From Chrysomallon squamiferum (Eukaryota; Animalia; Mollusca), in the NCBI GenBank assembly GCA_012295275.1, contig CM022679.1:17794001-17858000 (forward strand): DNA of 64,000 nt. The letters run 5' to 3'. The translations under genes and the position numbers were made by a program. Shown one piece after another: positions 51,649 to 64,000 of this stretch (positions are counted from its first letter, which is position 1; every line of letters begins with the position of its first letter). Under the pieces are notes generated by a model that saw only the letters and a list, made by a program, of their open reading frames with translations, searched no databases and was not told the DNA's origin.

Positions 51649-54600
51649 GGTACATTAAATTTAATGTGTGTTTAGTTTAATAATCAGATATACAGATTGA
51701 TCTACCGTCATCTACAATATAATGAAAAATTTATAATCCTGACATTCTGTTCACTATATATTTTTTTTCCATTAGCAACAAAGCTTTTTACAAAGGTAAA
51801 TAACAGCATCGTTTACTTTCTCTCTCTTTCTCTATTTCTTATTCTTTGTCTGACTTTCCTCTCTCTCTCTCAGAAACATTAACAAAAATAATTTTTGTTT
51901 GTGTTTTTTTGCAAATATCACAGACAGACAGACAGACAAACACACACAACATTTGATTAAAAGTGTAGACGGAAATCGGTATGCACTTTAATCCATTTCT
52001 AGCATTTAAGTACGTAAACCAAAGCAGTTTATTTTCCTGTCATCTACCATTATCTATTGTATTCTTCCGCTATGGATAGCATTCTTGCAGTATTTTAGAA
52101 AAGTTGCTGAATTAGTTGCTATATCCAGATAGATTGATATTTTCAGACTGAGCATAACTTCTACTGAATGTTTTATTTTGTTTGCCCAATAAATTGCAGT
52201 TGTCTGGCGTACACGCAAAAAACACTTTGGAAGAATTGTCAAAGAATCATATCGCACTGATAACTTATGTTTCTTTTATTTACTGTTATTTTTGATATTA
52301 TATATTGAAGCTTCGAAGTGAAATAAAATGCTAATTGTGTATAAAATTATATTCACCGATATTAAAACATAATCGATAGAGAGATGATCTTGTGTCATCT
52401 AGTTAATTTCATATGAATGGCTAAGAATCATTAAGTTGTTTATTATTTTATACGACGTGGCCGTTTACAATAGTGTGTGTCTGTCAGTGATCTAAAACTA
52501 TTAAAGATAAAACGAAAAAAAAAAGTATATATTGGCATATTTCGCTACTGTTTTAACAGATTTACGAAGCCAGCAGTCTGAGTGCTAGGTGTATGCTTGT
52601 ATATGTGGTTAGCTTTTATATAAATATTCAGAAAATATTAATCAAAGCAGACTGAGGCCTGATACACAGATAAGTAATAGAGCCTATTTTAACTTATAAT
52701 TATAGGGCACTAAAAAATATAGTGGGATAAATCACTGAAGGACTGAACCACTGGCAGCAGCTCACAGATTATATAGAAACCTTTATCCAAAATATGTCAT
52801 GTATATCTCCTTCACATTATCTATAATTTGAAATTTATTTCTGGAAACAGACTGAATTACAATCACCGACTGCATTCTTTGTGTTAGTTCTGCAGTGAGA
52901 CAATTTCAGTCCGGGAAGTAATTTATCTAAACTTTATATAACATGACCTTTGTAACATCGTTTGTTGTAATAACTGTATGACCCTGAGGTGTGACAGTTA
53001 TACTTATGTTTAAACACTGAGCTGACATTTAAGAGTAAATAATTATATACGAAATATCAGATAGACAGAAAACAAGAAAAAGAGAGATAAACAGGCTGGT
53101 GGATAAATAAATTGCTAGAGAAACAAGCAAATACACAGACGGTCAGACAAACAGATTGAACTGTTGATTTTTTTCATACAAAATACAGAAATGTACCTAT
53201 GGCACAACATTCTTATCTTTCTGGAAGTTCTAATACCTCCCTGCAATAATTGATTCTGTGTTATTTGAATGATTCTACCTTAGCCCCTTTTTTATTTAAC
53301 GAAGCATTTTCTCTGAAATTAAATTTGATTTCAAATGATTGTTAAGTAGTTTATTAATAATTTTAGTTTCAAGTTAAAATAGTATTATTTTTATTTTTAT
53401 GTTTGAACAAGACACAATTTATCAATCCATTATTTCCGATTATTGATTTGGTTCAGAGAAAGATTGGATAAATTACTTATTTTTTCAATTCCTTACTCTT
53501 ACAACACAAAATAATATCATAAAACACTAAAACCTTCATACACACAGACAAAAAAAATCAAACACAAACACTAAAACACACTTACACTCTTAAACCACAT
53601 ATTCAACCTTATACGTTCCACCATATACATAATTTATCCATTTAACTACAATCATACTCGTTCACATCTGTACTAACAGAAATAACTTGGAGAAAACACC
53701 ATAAAATACTTTCAAAATACTTTATAATTTTAAAGTTCTCATTATAGCACTTCAGAGTAAAAGAAAGTAACGTATTTAAAACGCTTGACCTCGTTACAGA
53801 AACTGTATTAAATTAAGTGTTTTGCAATCACAAAATCATTAGCTGGCAAGCAGAGAAGACATTTGTTTGAAAAGGTCAAGTTATTGGTGATCGGCAAAGG
53901 TGTTTGCTGCTAATTTCCTTTCTTTGCCTATGTTCATCTGCGACCAGCGATCTGTGTATTGTTTTAGAGACATGTTTTAGAGACTTCAGTCTTTGCGTGT
54001 TTAGTTAGATCTAAGAAATAGGTCTAAACAAATATTACTAAAAAGCGATGATTGTATAGGAAATAGAATTACAGTGAGAAATAACTAATGCATAATCATC
54101 AATTACAAAAGTAAAAATAAAAATGCTATTACTATAATAGTAACGAAGCCTTTAGAATTACCTTTGTTTGGAAGTATAAAATACCATAAAAGGACTCTGC
54201 AGACATGATGAAAACAATAGTTCAAACAAAGGATACTTCCAGAATTAAGTATTAAAATTGTCTGAGAAGTGGTGAAGTACTCAGAATTATGTTAAATATA
54301 TTTAATTCTCTGAATGGTCTACACTGAACGAGAAAGCATGACAACATAAATAATTCGAATTACAGTGCAGTAAAAACAATTAGTAATAACTTAATACAGA
54401 AATAATCATTTCTAATATTTCAACATACTTCAGTATGACACAGTGATATTCACAACATGAAATAGTTTGTACATTTAGAAGGGACAAACACAGTGTGCCA
54501 TGGTTCCAGTAACATTTTTGAAGTTGTGACTTCAGTGTATATGTCAATACATTAATATGTATGTATGCATATGTAGTTCTAGTTTTATGTAGCAATTTTC

Positions 54601-57600
54601 TTTGAATATATGTATATTTGTGTATGTATGTATGTATGAATGTATGTACGTACAAAGTATTCTTATAAATATAGGCTTGAGAAACACTATCACCGGTTTA
54701 TTATATCTTTGCAAGGAAAATTTAGAAAATAAAGTCAACACACTATTTTTTACATTTCCAAATCCAATAGATTAACAATGACGTGTGTGTGTCTGTGCGT
54801 GCGTGTATATACACATACTGGCTGTTTTTCAACTTGTTGCTCTTTCCTTTGAGAAAAAGTGAACAAAAATATAATTTTTAATTGACGTGAAAATCTGATA
54901 ATGCCACGAAAAAAAAAAGAACAGACGTTTATATAGTTTTCAGGAACAGCAGTGACTGTAGTCGTTTCCTCACAGCTTAATATCATGGTAATTGCGCGAA
55001 ACACATCTGAAAACAGACGTCTCACAGAGACCATTTCACTTCACTTTGCTTTTCTTTCCTGCTCATTATTCACAATGGAGATATTTTGGTCACGACCGTA
55101 ATTCAGAAGTCAGTGATGTTCTGCACCAATTCGTCCGCACCGGGCTAAAGACGTGTAATTATGAATATAAACTGGGAATATTTTAAGTTTCTAGTATTAA
55201 TATGTCTTTTTCAAGTATCTGCCGAAAATAAGTCTGGGAATAAGAAACTAAATTTATATGGAGAACGACTGCTCAAGGACATCCAGCATGAAAAAAGGTA
55301 ACGTCTTTGATTCTAAAAAAATGCTTATATTTGAAAAAGGAAAGGAAGAAAAAATAACAAAATACTGATTTCTAAAACATTTATAAATAACACTTAATAA
55401 GAGAACTCAAATGGCACAAACGAAAACTGGACCTTGCTTCGATAGTCACACAGTCAACAAGGTTATATGAAGGAAGAATTCTGGTCACAGATCCCTAAAC
55501 AGAATTGACTCAACCCGACAAAACCGGACGATATAGACGTCAAGATTGGAGAAAAAAGACGTAAACGTAGGTGTATCGGTATTGGTAGAATGTGCTTGGA
55601 CTATGATACTGTTTAACGAGAAGAGCATGTCAGTTTGCTCTGCTGGAACATATGAATGCGAGTTTATCGATAAATATCTGACCTAGTGCATTCATTAATT
55701 TAGTTGTTCTTAACTTGCAGATATATTCAGTAGCTTTCTTTACTTCGGTTCACATGATTTACAGTCGCCGGGCTGCTCCAAGGCTATTTTAAATTTAATA
55801 AAATATCAGAACTGCGACGCAAAAAATCATGGTAAGAATATCTTTTGACTGTTCTCAGCAAAAGATAGCATGCACTGTAAAAGATTACACTTTCATAAGG
55901 AGTCTTACGTTAAATGTTTGTCAGAGTCCTTGGTGAAGTCACCCTAAATTATTGGTGTTGTTACTAAGATGATATTCACAGTTATCATACTTTTATAATC
56001 TAGTTTCAGACTCATATATATTTACCTGCATTTTCTTTTCTTATTCGTCTAGTTCTGTGTTTGCAACGGAATTAAATTTCAAATTAAAGTACTAATGATG
56101 TCTTTAATGTGTTCGTTTTCAATAAATTAGAGGATTACTTTATTATGTACTTTCTTTTTGTATATTTTACAAAAGGAAGAAAAGTAATACTGGGGATTCA
56201 TGCAAAAATGTATATTGGAAGTATTATTGTACAAACATATAGCATATTTAAAGATCAGCAAAACTGCTTTTGTTTTTCTAACTGATTTAATGTTAATAAA
56301 CTTTCTGTTCCTAGTTTAGATTTGCAGATCCTAAATTTTAATAATGTATTGTTTCCAACAATACATTTTAAATGATAATAACAGTTCTCCCTAAAACAAG
56401 ACACACAGGTATAAGTAAAATATAAAAATAATGGGAAAAAACAACAAAACAACCAAAGAGAAAAATGGTGCTTGTGGTAGTATAAAAATCAATTCTCTGA
56501 AACACAATTATGTTCGCCGATGAATCTGTTTTACGACCGACATCAATCTAGGCAGTTGGTAGAAAACCATGACCTTTTCACCTATAAGTGAATCTGTTTT
56601 TGACAGATGCTGAAAAAGGATTTTTTAAAAGGCAAATGGCTACAATTTACTACCCTATAAACGCATGGTTTGTAAAGCATTTACACATGTAAGATTTTAA
56701 ATGCATTGCTTAGATCCGCTGAAAACTGATAAAATCGTAAAAATAAAATAAATGTAACGCCACTGTTTAATGTGAGTGGACAGGTTGTGTTTTTTAGTGT
56801 GACTTCTAAGACTTTTGGTGAATACAGAATGACAGTAGGTTTTATTATTTTTCTTGATTGATTAATGAGTTGGGAGCAAAAAAGAATTCCGATGAATCTT
56901 AAACAGAGGGTGTCTTGTTTTGTCATACAAACATATTCACTCACGCACAAACGCATCCAAATATGTACTGACGAATTTATGAAAGAACTTACGTAAAACA
57001 AGAAGGATTAAAACCGGTTATGAAAATAGCATTTAGGAATTAATTTATAATATAATTATGAATACAAATAATAAATATATTAATTAAGAATATTATATTC
57101 AGACTCAAAAGCATCGATAAGTGAAAATCACATCAATTTGGAACAGGACAGAAATGAATCTTCTTTATATTTCCACATCTAGCAATATGTTCGTTTCAAT
57201 GTTGAACTTAGTGTTTTAATTATTTTATTTTTTAATTTTTTAATTTAAAAAACACAACAACATTTGTGTGCATGTGTATGTAAGTGTGTATGTGCGTGAT
57301 TCTGCTTTGATTTAAATTTAATATTTATATTAATACTTTAAAAAAAAATGTTATTGTGCGAAACAGTATATATTTTCTTTATTTTCTTTTTATGATTTTA
57401 TTATTATTCTGTATTAACAGAATTCCAGTTACGAATTGCAATCCAGTTTTAACTGATTTAATATGCACTTTTTACTGACAACGTTTTGTCATTCCTTCCA
57501 GTTCGCTAAATTAGAATAAATATACGCACCAAGCAGGTTTTTGCAATAGACTCAGATGGTTAACACATCAATTCAAATATCATGGGGTTACACGGAAAAA

Positions 57601-58811
57601 CAGAGAAAAAAGTAATATCATTTCGGAAAAATCAATATATAATTTACGTGTTCAAATTTTTTTCCTGTCCATATTACCGAACTCATAACGGTCAATCCTT
57701 GTTATGTTCCGAAGTGCCGTTTTTTGTGGGTATTTCTTTAGTATTTTTCCTTAACGCCGTTTAATCCATTGATTTTACTTACAGATTTAGATACATTAGT
57801 TCATCCGGGTGTGCCAAGGGCAGTGAATGTCTTTATTGCAGCGTGTTGCAAAATATAGCGAGAACAGTTCCATACTCGAAACAGTACTTACATACTAAAT
57901 GCATTGCTCTGTTTCTATTTCTGATAATATAAAACTTCAAACTGTGTTTGTATCCACAGCTGTAAAAAATAACTTGACTATACACACACATTCAACCAAG
58001 CAAATACAAAGACAAACACAACCACACAATCACATTAGCACTGAAACATTAATACACAAAATACTTACAGAGACGAAACACATAGACCCTTAAATTTTTC
58101 AGTCTCTTTTACTAATGAGGTACTACAAAGTGATTTTCTCTTTCGGAAATAAATGCTGACTTCTAACTATAACTGTAGAACTTTTTATCCTGCTTATAGT
58201 GATGCAAACAAATCGAAATTTTCAGTTCCAAACTTATAGGTTTTCAAATATTAATTTTTTGGTACCGTTGCGCACAATTACCATTTTTAACAAATCTCGA
58301 TTTGCACGTGCCCATTCTGAAAGGAAATTGTCTCTGACAAATCGTGTTTTATAATACGTTTTATCAAATAAAAAGGTAAATACTACTGAATAAAGAATCA
58401 CAAATCAGAAGGCCATTTTTATTTATAGTTCAGAAATTAAAGTCATGTGACCGTAGATTTTTTTGCTTTTTGTGGCATCAGATATAAATAAATTGCTCAA
58501 AACCTTCACACATTTTGTGCTGAAGACCTACAACACTTAGTCTGTAACTAACATTATGTCGAGAAATTGTAATTTATTAACGAAGATGGAGGTTATAACT
58601 ACGTAACCAGCTCCGATAATATTTCAACCGAGATTTAATCACCTAAATAGTTATTTTATAAACTTAAATCGACATCTTTTGAAAAGAATGATCATTTTAA
58701 TCACAAACAAGAACCGGCAAACAGAATTCAGATGGTTCTGGTTGCGAAGAATCGGCTTGATCACTCGCTTTCTGACATAAAGCGGTTCGGGAGAAAACAT
58801 GTTCTGGTGAT

Positions 58812-58830
58812 GTCTCCCCCTGGTGGAGCA
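58812..58830 (-). promoter_or_regulatory. CTCF-like binding motif
   Basis: Minus strand reads gctCCACCAGGGGGAGaca, close to the core CCACCAGGGGGCGC, in an otherwise AT-rich region. Confidence 0.55.
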
Positions 58831-59367
58831 GTTGGTTATATAGTTGCTTTAACTTCATTTCTACAGTCCTTTACAACTCGAAATATCGCTTATTCTGAGA
58901 TATCTTTTTAAAAGAGGTCTGCTGCTCATAAATAGTCAAAAGACTTTAAATAATTTGTTTATATAGGTTTTCTACTGCATTCTGGAGGCTAAAAATGAAT
59001 ATTCAAATGAAGCTAATATACTGGACTTTTGTTTGTAGAGTTTGTGCGTGTGATAAAAGCTCGTGAAGTTATTCCCGTGAATGTAAAATGTGCATGAACG
59101 ATATTTGCGATACACGATCGTAGACAAGTAATGATGTGGCGGTTTCTAATTGAGATTAAATACCTTTTTCACAGAACAAGGTAACATTCGTGCAGATAAC
59201 ACATTCATGCAGTTTGTATTCACATAGGACCTTGAGAATAAGTAAAGAATTAAAAAATCAGTAAAATTAGGACAAAACTCTATGGGGAAACCACTGTTGT
59301 AAATTTCAAGATGTAAACCGGTTAACCATACAAGAAATCCTATGGTAATATTATATGAATTATTCAC

Positions 59368-59401
<34 letters not shown>

Positions 59402-61023
59402 AAAAAAAAGCTGGAAGCAATAAATAAAAATGAAATCACGTGAAGGATGCGAGAACTCCTCAAGAAATCTTGTCCATATGATCCTATGTCGCCTATTTTT
59501 GGTACACCTATCTCTGTGCTAAACCGAAGACAGTTAAAGTCAAACTAGTTACTATGATTTTTTATTTATATAGGAAACGATATTGATAACATGTAGCTTT
59601 ACTCAGTTTAGTTTTTAAATGCTGTTTTTTCTCCGATCATTTTATGTAGTTTGAGCTTCAGTTTGGCCTCTGCAGTTTTAACCAAAAACACAAGATATCA
59701 TAACTAAATTAATGATACACTGACCCTCTGATGAATGTTCAATTTAAAAGTTACATTTCATCTTATTCATTCTATTTAAGGGTAGAAAATTTCATTCTAA
59801 AAATTTAGAGGGTAATGAAAATTAAATAGTCTGTATTAAGACCGTGCTTATTTTTAAATTTAAATATTTTAGTAATAGCTAAAACTATAATTCCTTCACA
59901 TGTTTGAGTTTTATTTCAGTTTTAAAATTTCTCAAATTATTAATCATTGAGACTATTTAAATTGAGACTAAGATATCATATTTAAATAGATCGTTATACT
60001 TTTTCATTTGAATGCTCCTTTGGTAAAGCAGCATATATTTTATTTTAATTTCATATTTATTTCAGATTAGATTGTTATTGTAGATTTTAAACTTTTTAAT
60101 AGTTTTCTTTGTCGTTGCAAAAGTTTTTGTTCTTATTAGTATAAAGATGTTGGTCCTTTATTTTACGCACATAGTTCTATTAAGGGTCTTCAGAAATACC
60201 AAAACTGGACAAATATCTGCTTACTATACTAAATACATTTCAATATAATACTCTCTACCGATTTGACAATGTAGCCAAAGATCAAAATAGTCGTTGTAAC
60301 CCCTAAACTCAGACTGTGGCTGACAATTCCAATCGAATGACAAGGTGGTTATACTAATAGTTTGACTTATTATTAGTCACTGCACAAACGGAAAGCTCAG
60401 GGTACGTTCTTCTTTCTGACGAAATGCAGAGCACTTGATAGAGTATAGCTAGCTCGTCATAGATTTTAATAATTTAAAAAAAATGTTCGTCTAGTCGGAA
60501 AAGAGAGGACCGTACGAGATTAAACAGCTTTTTATCACAAACGAATCATCACTCAGGCTATACACCATGTTGATCATGTTAACTTTACTATCTCCCAAAC
60601 TACAATAGATATATTTTCAACAAGAAAAAATCACACACCTTTCAACAACACCACCAAACGACTGCGTTAATAGAAAATGCAACCATAACGGATTCCTATC
60701 ACGGAAAGGGCGCTGTTAGTGCTTCCCTTTGTCCATTTTCTCAGCCTCGCAAATCGCCTTCTTGTGTGCTAAAAACGGATTGGAAGCCCAGCAAATTGCT
60801 TCATTTCGCCTGATTGATCGGACTTTTCACTGACGCAATACTTTGTTGACTACCAAATAGAAACTATATGCTATGAAGGTCGGTTTCAGGCTTCGCACAT
60901 TTTGTGGAACATCATGTATAAAGCAATATATGTTTTTTTCGTTTGTGTAAATGTACTCAGATCTTTAGTTTTGTTCAGATTGTCAGTGCGTAGTACTGGT
61001 AATAGTAATAGCATCGCAGCAGC

Positions 61024-61028
61024 AGTAA

Positions 61029-61076
<48 letters not shown>

Positions 61077-61105
61077 AAGTAGAAGTAGTAGTAATAGTAG
61101 TAGTA
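61024..61105. repeat. (GTA)n microsatellite
   Basis: Directly visible. Confidence 0.93.
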
Positions 61106-61750
61106 AACAAACAACCAAATAAATAAAAAGCGAAAATAAGGTTTAAAAGAAATTAAGAAAAGTCGTTGAATAATGCTGTAGATTTCTTTATAAACTATAA
61201 GAATACAAAACAGTCGGCAAAACTAGAGAGCCACTACCTGCTGCTAAATTTTCACTAAACTCCGTTATATATCACAGATTTATCTGGTTGTCATAAACAG
61301 AAAAATATTTATTTAAAAAATAATAATAATAATATTTATTTAAAAAATAATAATAAAATAAAATAAAAATAAATTAATCTTTATTTGTTTCTTTTTTTCT
61401 ATCTTTCTTTCTATCTTTTTTTTTTCCTTGAACTTCTAAGAAAAGTAATATCGATATATAAACTTGAAACTGCTTTTAGATCTATAGTATTAAAATTTTA
61501 TTTTAGCCTCAGTTTTGATACAAGTCTGGAAAGTCGACTGATGACGTCACTATTTATTATACGTCTGCCACTTTGCTTCCAGTCATGTTTTTGACGATGA
61601 GAATCCCTGGTGATCAATATTCACGAAAGACCTGTGATTCTTGAATCAAATGAATGTTTCATTTAACGTTATATACTGTTTTAACCTTTATTCATTCTTT
61701 CTTTTTCTTGTTCTTCTAAAACGATACCTCCCTATTAATGTTATACTAGT

Positions 61751-63230
61751 AGGGAGATGACGTTAATAGTAGTAGTAAACAAACAACCAAATAAATAAAA
61801 ACCCAGATGACGTTACGCGAATTCCTTTGTTTTACCGATAACAGCTCATCATTTTCATTCAAATTGTATATAATGAGCTTTAATATTATTTAGACAAATT
61901 GACAAAAGTGTATTCATTAAATGTCATTAAAATATAATACTGTAATTGTGTTATGTTATTAATACTGTGTTTTAGATATATAAAACAAATAATACAGTGA
62001 GTTAATCCATTGCTTTGTACGGCCAAGTACCCGTTCACTTCAACAAACGATTATGCCTTCAGCCCGTCCATACAAATAAACCAATGAGCATTAATTTTGA
62101 AATAAAATCCTGCCTGCATTATGTGATCATAGTGAAAAGAAAGTCAGTTATTTTTAACCTGTAATCGCTCGGAGAATGAAGCAAAACGAAATTTTCCTGG
62201 AATAAAATGTAATTAAATTGATATCACTATTCCTATTATTAGGGAATTCACTCAAAATTTCAAAATTACTGAATATCATTTGAAGCAGGACCTCAAAAGA
62301 AACAATTAGCACTTTGAATTTTTAAAATTGGATGAGTAGTTTATGGGCTACGTCCTATCAAAGATGCTAAAATGCCCAATTTTCTGAGAAAAGGTGAGCG
62401 AGTAATTACGTTACGTGTTGAAGCAAACGCGGCACCAGAAATACCAAATTTTTCTGTTCTTGTACATTTACGTTTCAAGTTTCAACAACTTTTATCCAAT
62501 TTTGCATACTATTAAAACAAACACTATGAAAGTCAACCGTCAACATTTTATTATCCAATGTAATGACCTTGACGTTATTTGCATATAATATAGATACGCA
62601 CGCACCCATCTCTCAACACAGAAAGTGAAAATAATGTATTGCTCCCGTAACATTTGAAAACAAATTTCTATATATTTGATCCCCACTTGATAAAGATAAA
62701 TAATTATGTATTGTATAGAGTATAAAGTATACTAATTATTATATTTGATTTTAATAATAAAAAAAATGTAATAACGCAAAACCAATAGACGAATGAATTG
62801 TTTCTAGCCCCTACAAGTACAATTCAACTAAAAACCAAACACCCCTAACAAATATGAAATACATTTGCCCGCCATTTTGAAGACGGCAACGGAGCGTTCC
62901 ATTATAGTATTGAAGGGCGTTAATAGTTTCATAAATTCGCTAGAATTTTATTAAATATCAAAACATTATTCAATCATAAAATAAATAGCATTAAACAAAA
63001 TTAGATTTTGCATTTGTAAACTATCAGTGATTACAAAATGGCAGTTAATCGTCTTCTGAATTATACAAGCTATTTTCACTACTGCAGACGAAAAATCCGC
63101 CATTTTAATATTTGATCACCGTATGTTCGGTATATCGGTTCAAAAACTTTGCAAGCACTACTTCAGCCTAACATTATTTTGATCTAGAACTCATATGTAC
63201 TTGTTCAGAAGATATAAATTTTGAGCGAAT
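61751..63230. mobile_element. Copy 2 of the same element, rearranged
   Basis: 61805-62240 is the reverse complement of ~5868-6323. 62241-63215 aligns directly to 5114-5860, with an extra ~180 bp near 62308-62488. Ends with aaattttgagcgaat, the inverse of the inner end attcactcaaaattt. No TSD found. Confidence 0.8.
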
Positions 63231-63327
63231 CGTGGCTACTGTATGGCGGATACGTGATAAAAGCTGTGCACAACTGTCAGAAAGTATGAATTTAGAATTA
63301 TTTTATGTTGAAAACACCTATTTAAAA

Positions 63328-63353
63328 AAATAAATAAATAAATAAATAAATAA

Positions 63354-63413
<60 letters not shown>

Positions 63414-63427
63414 CATAATAATAATAA
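63328..63427. repeat. (AAAT)n/(AAT)n microsatellite
   Basis: Directly visible. Confidence 0.93.
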
Positions 63428-63609
63428 GTTTAAAAATTACTTTGACTACATAATTTTAAATATGAATCTGTAACATTGCCTGTTTAAATTGTTTCCCGTT
63501 AAATTTTAATTCAGCATACCTCAAAACTTGAAGTCATGCTGTCTGCCTTAAATCGTGTTTCTTGTGAGTTTGCCTGAATGTCTCATTTATTATACATATA
63601 GGAAAATAT

Positions 63610-63668
63610 TTACGAGTTTAATTCGTTCCGTGACCAAGCTCGTAACTCAATTTGCTCGTATATCAAAT
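63610..63668 (-). mobile_element. Subterminal fragment of the same Tigger family
   Basis: ttacgagtttaattcgttccgtgaccaagctcgtaactcaatttgctcgtatatcaaat aligns to ~2972-3029; the TIR itself is absent. Confidence 0.8.
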
Positions 63669-63758
63669 ATGTGTCACACAGATTCGCTGTTAGAAAATTA
63701 TGGAAAATCATATGCGTTACGCTTTCAAATCTTGCGTATAAAAAAATTTCCTCCTTCT

Positions 63759-63861
<103 letters not shown>

Positions 63862-64000
63862 ATACTCATACACTCTCCATTTTCATATCGCAAATAGAAA
63901 CTTTAAACTGAGTATTAAGAATATAAATGTATTCAACATTAATGACAAACATAATTCCATAAACAATGCATGAAATTAAGTAGATTAGATGTTATCACAT

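Noticed and set aside
58090-58620. Possible old MITE body
   Set aside because: Composition is suggestive, but no TIR, TSD or second copy is visible.

Overview
AT-rich, microsatellite-dense eukaryotic (animal) DNA; the style suggests a mollusc, possibly a cephalopod, but that is inference. Only one protein-coding gene is well supported: a dimmed/MIST1 (BHLHA15)-type bHLH transcription factor on the + strand. Its main exon is 17252-17878, and a probable 45-nt upstream coding exon (16139-16183), missed by the ORF track, splices in frame. Two candidate promoters lie upstream, one with clustered Hes-type sites, E-boxes, CCAAT and TATA. The rest is gene-poor and holds decayed DNA transposons: three pieces of one Tigger/pogo family, a TA-flanked Tc1/mariner-superfamily MITE, an Academ relic with readable transposase motifs, a hAT-type MITE, and two differently rearranged copies of a long-arm element, one with a 9-bp TSD. 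It also has a possible tRNA-derived SINE head, a 1.8-kb 13/15-bp minisatellite, a 3x ~66-bp palindrome-bearing repeat, a strong CTCF-like motif and many SSRs. Almost all other ORFs are low-complexity artefacts. I found no CRISPR, rRNA or intact tRNA, and no clear evidence of a wholly new biological system; the best leads are listed as findings.
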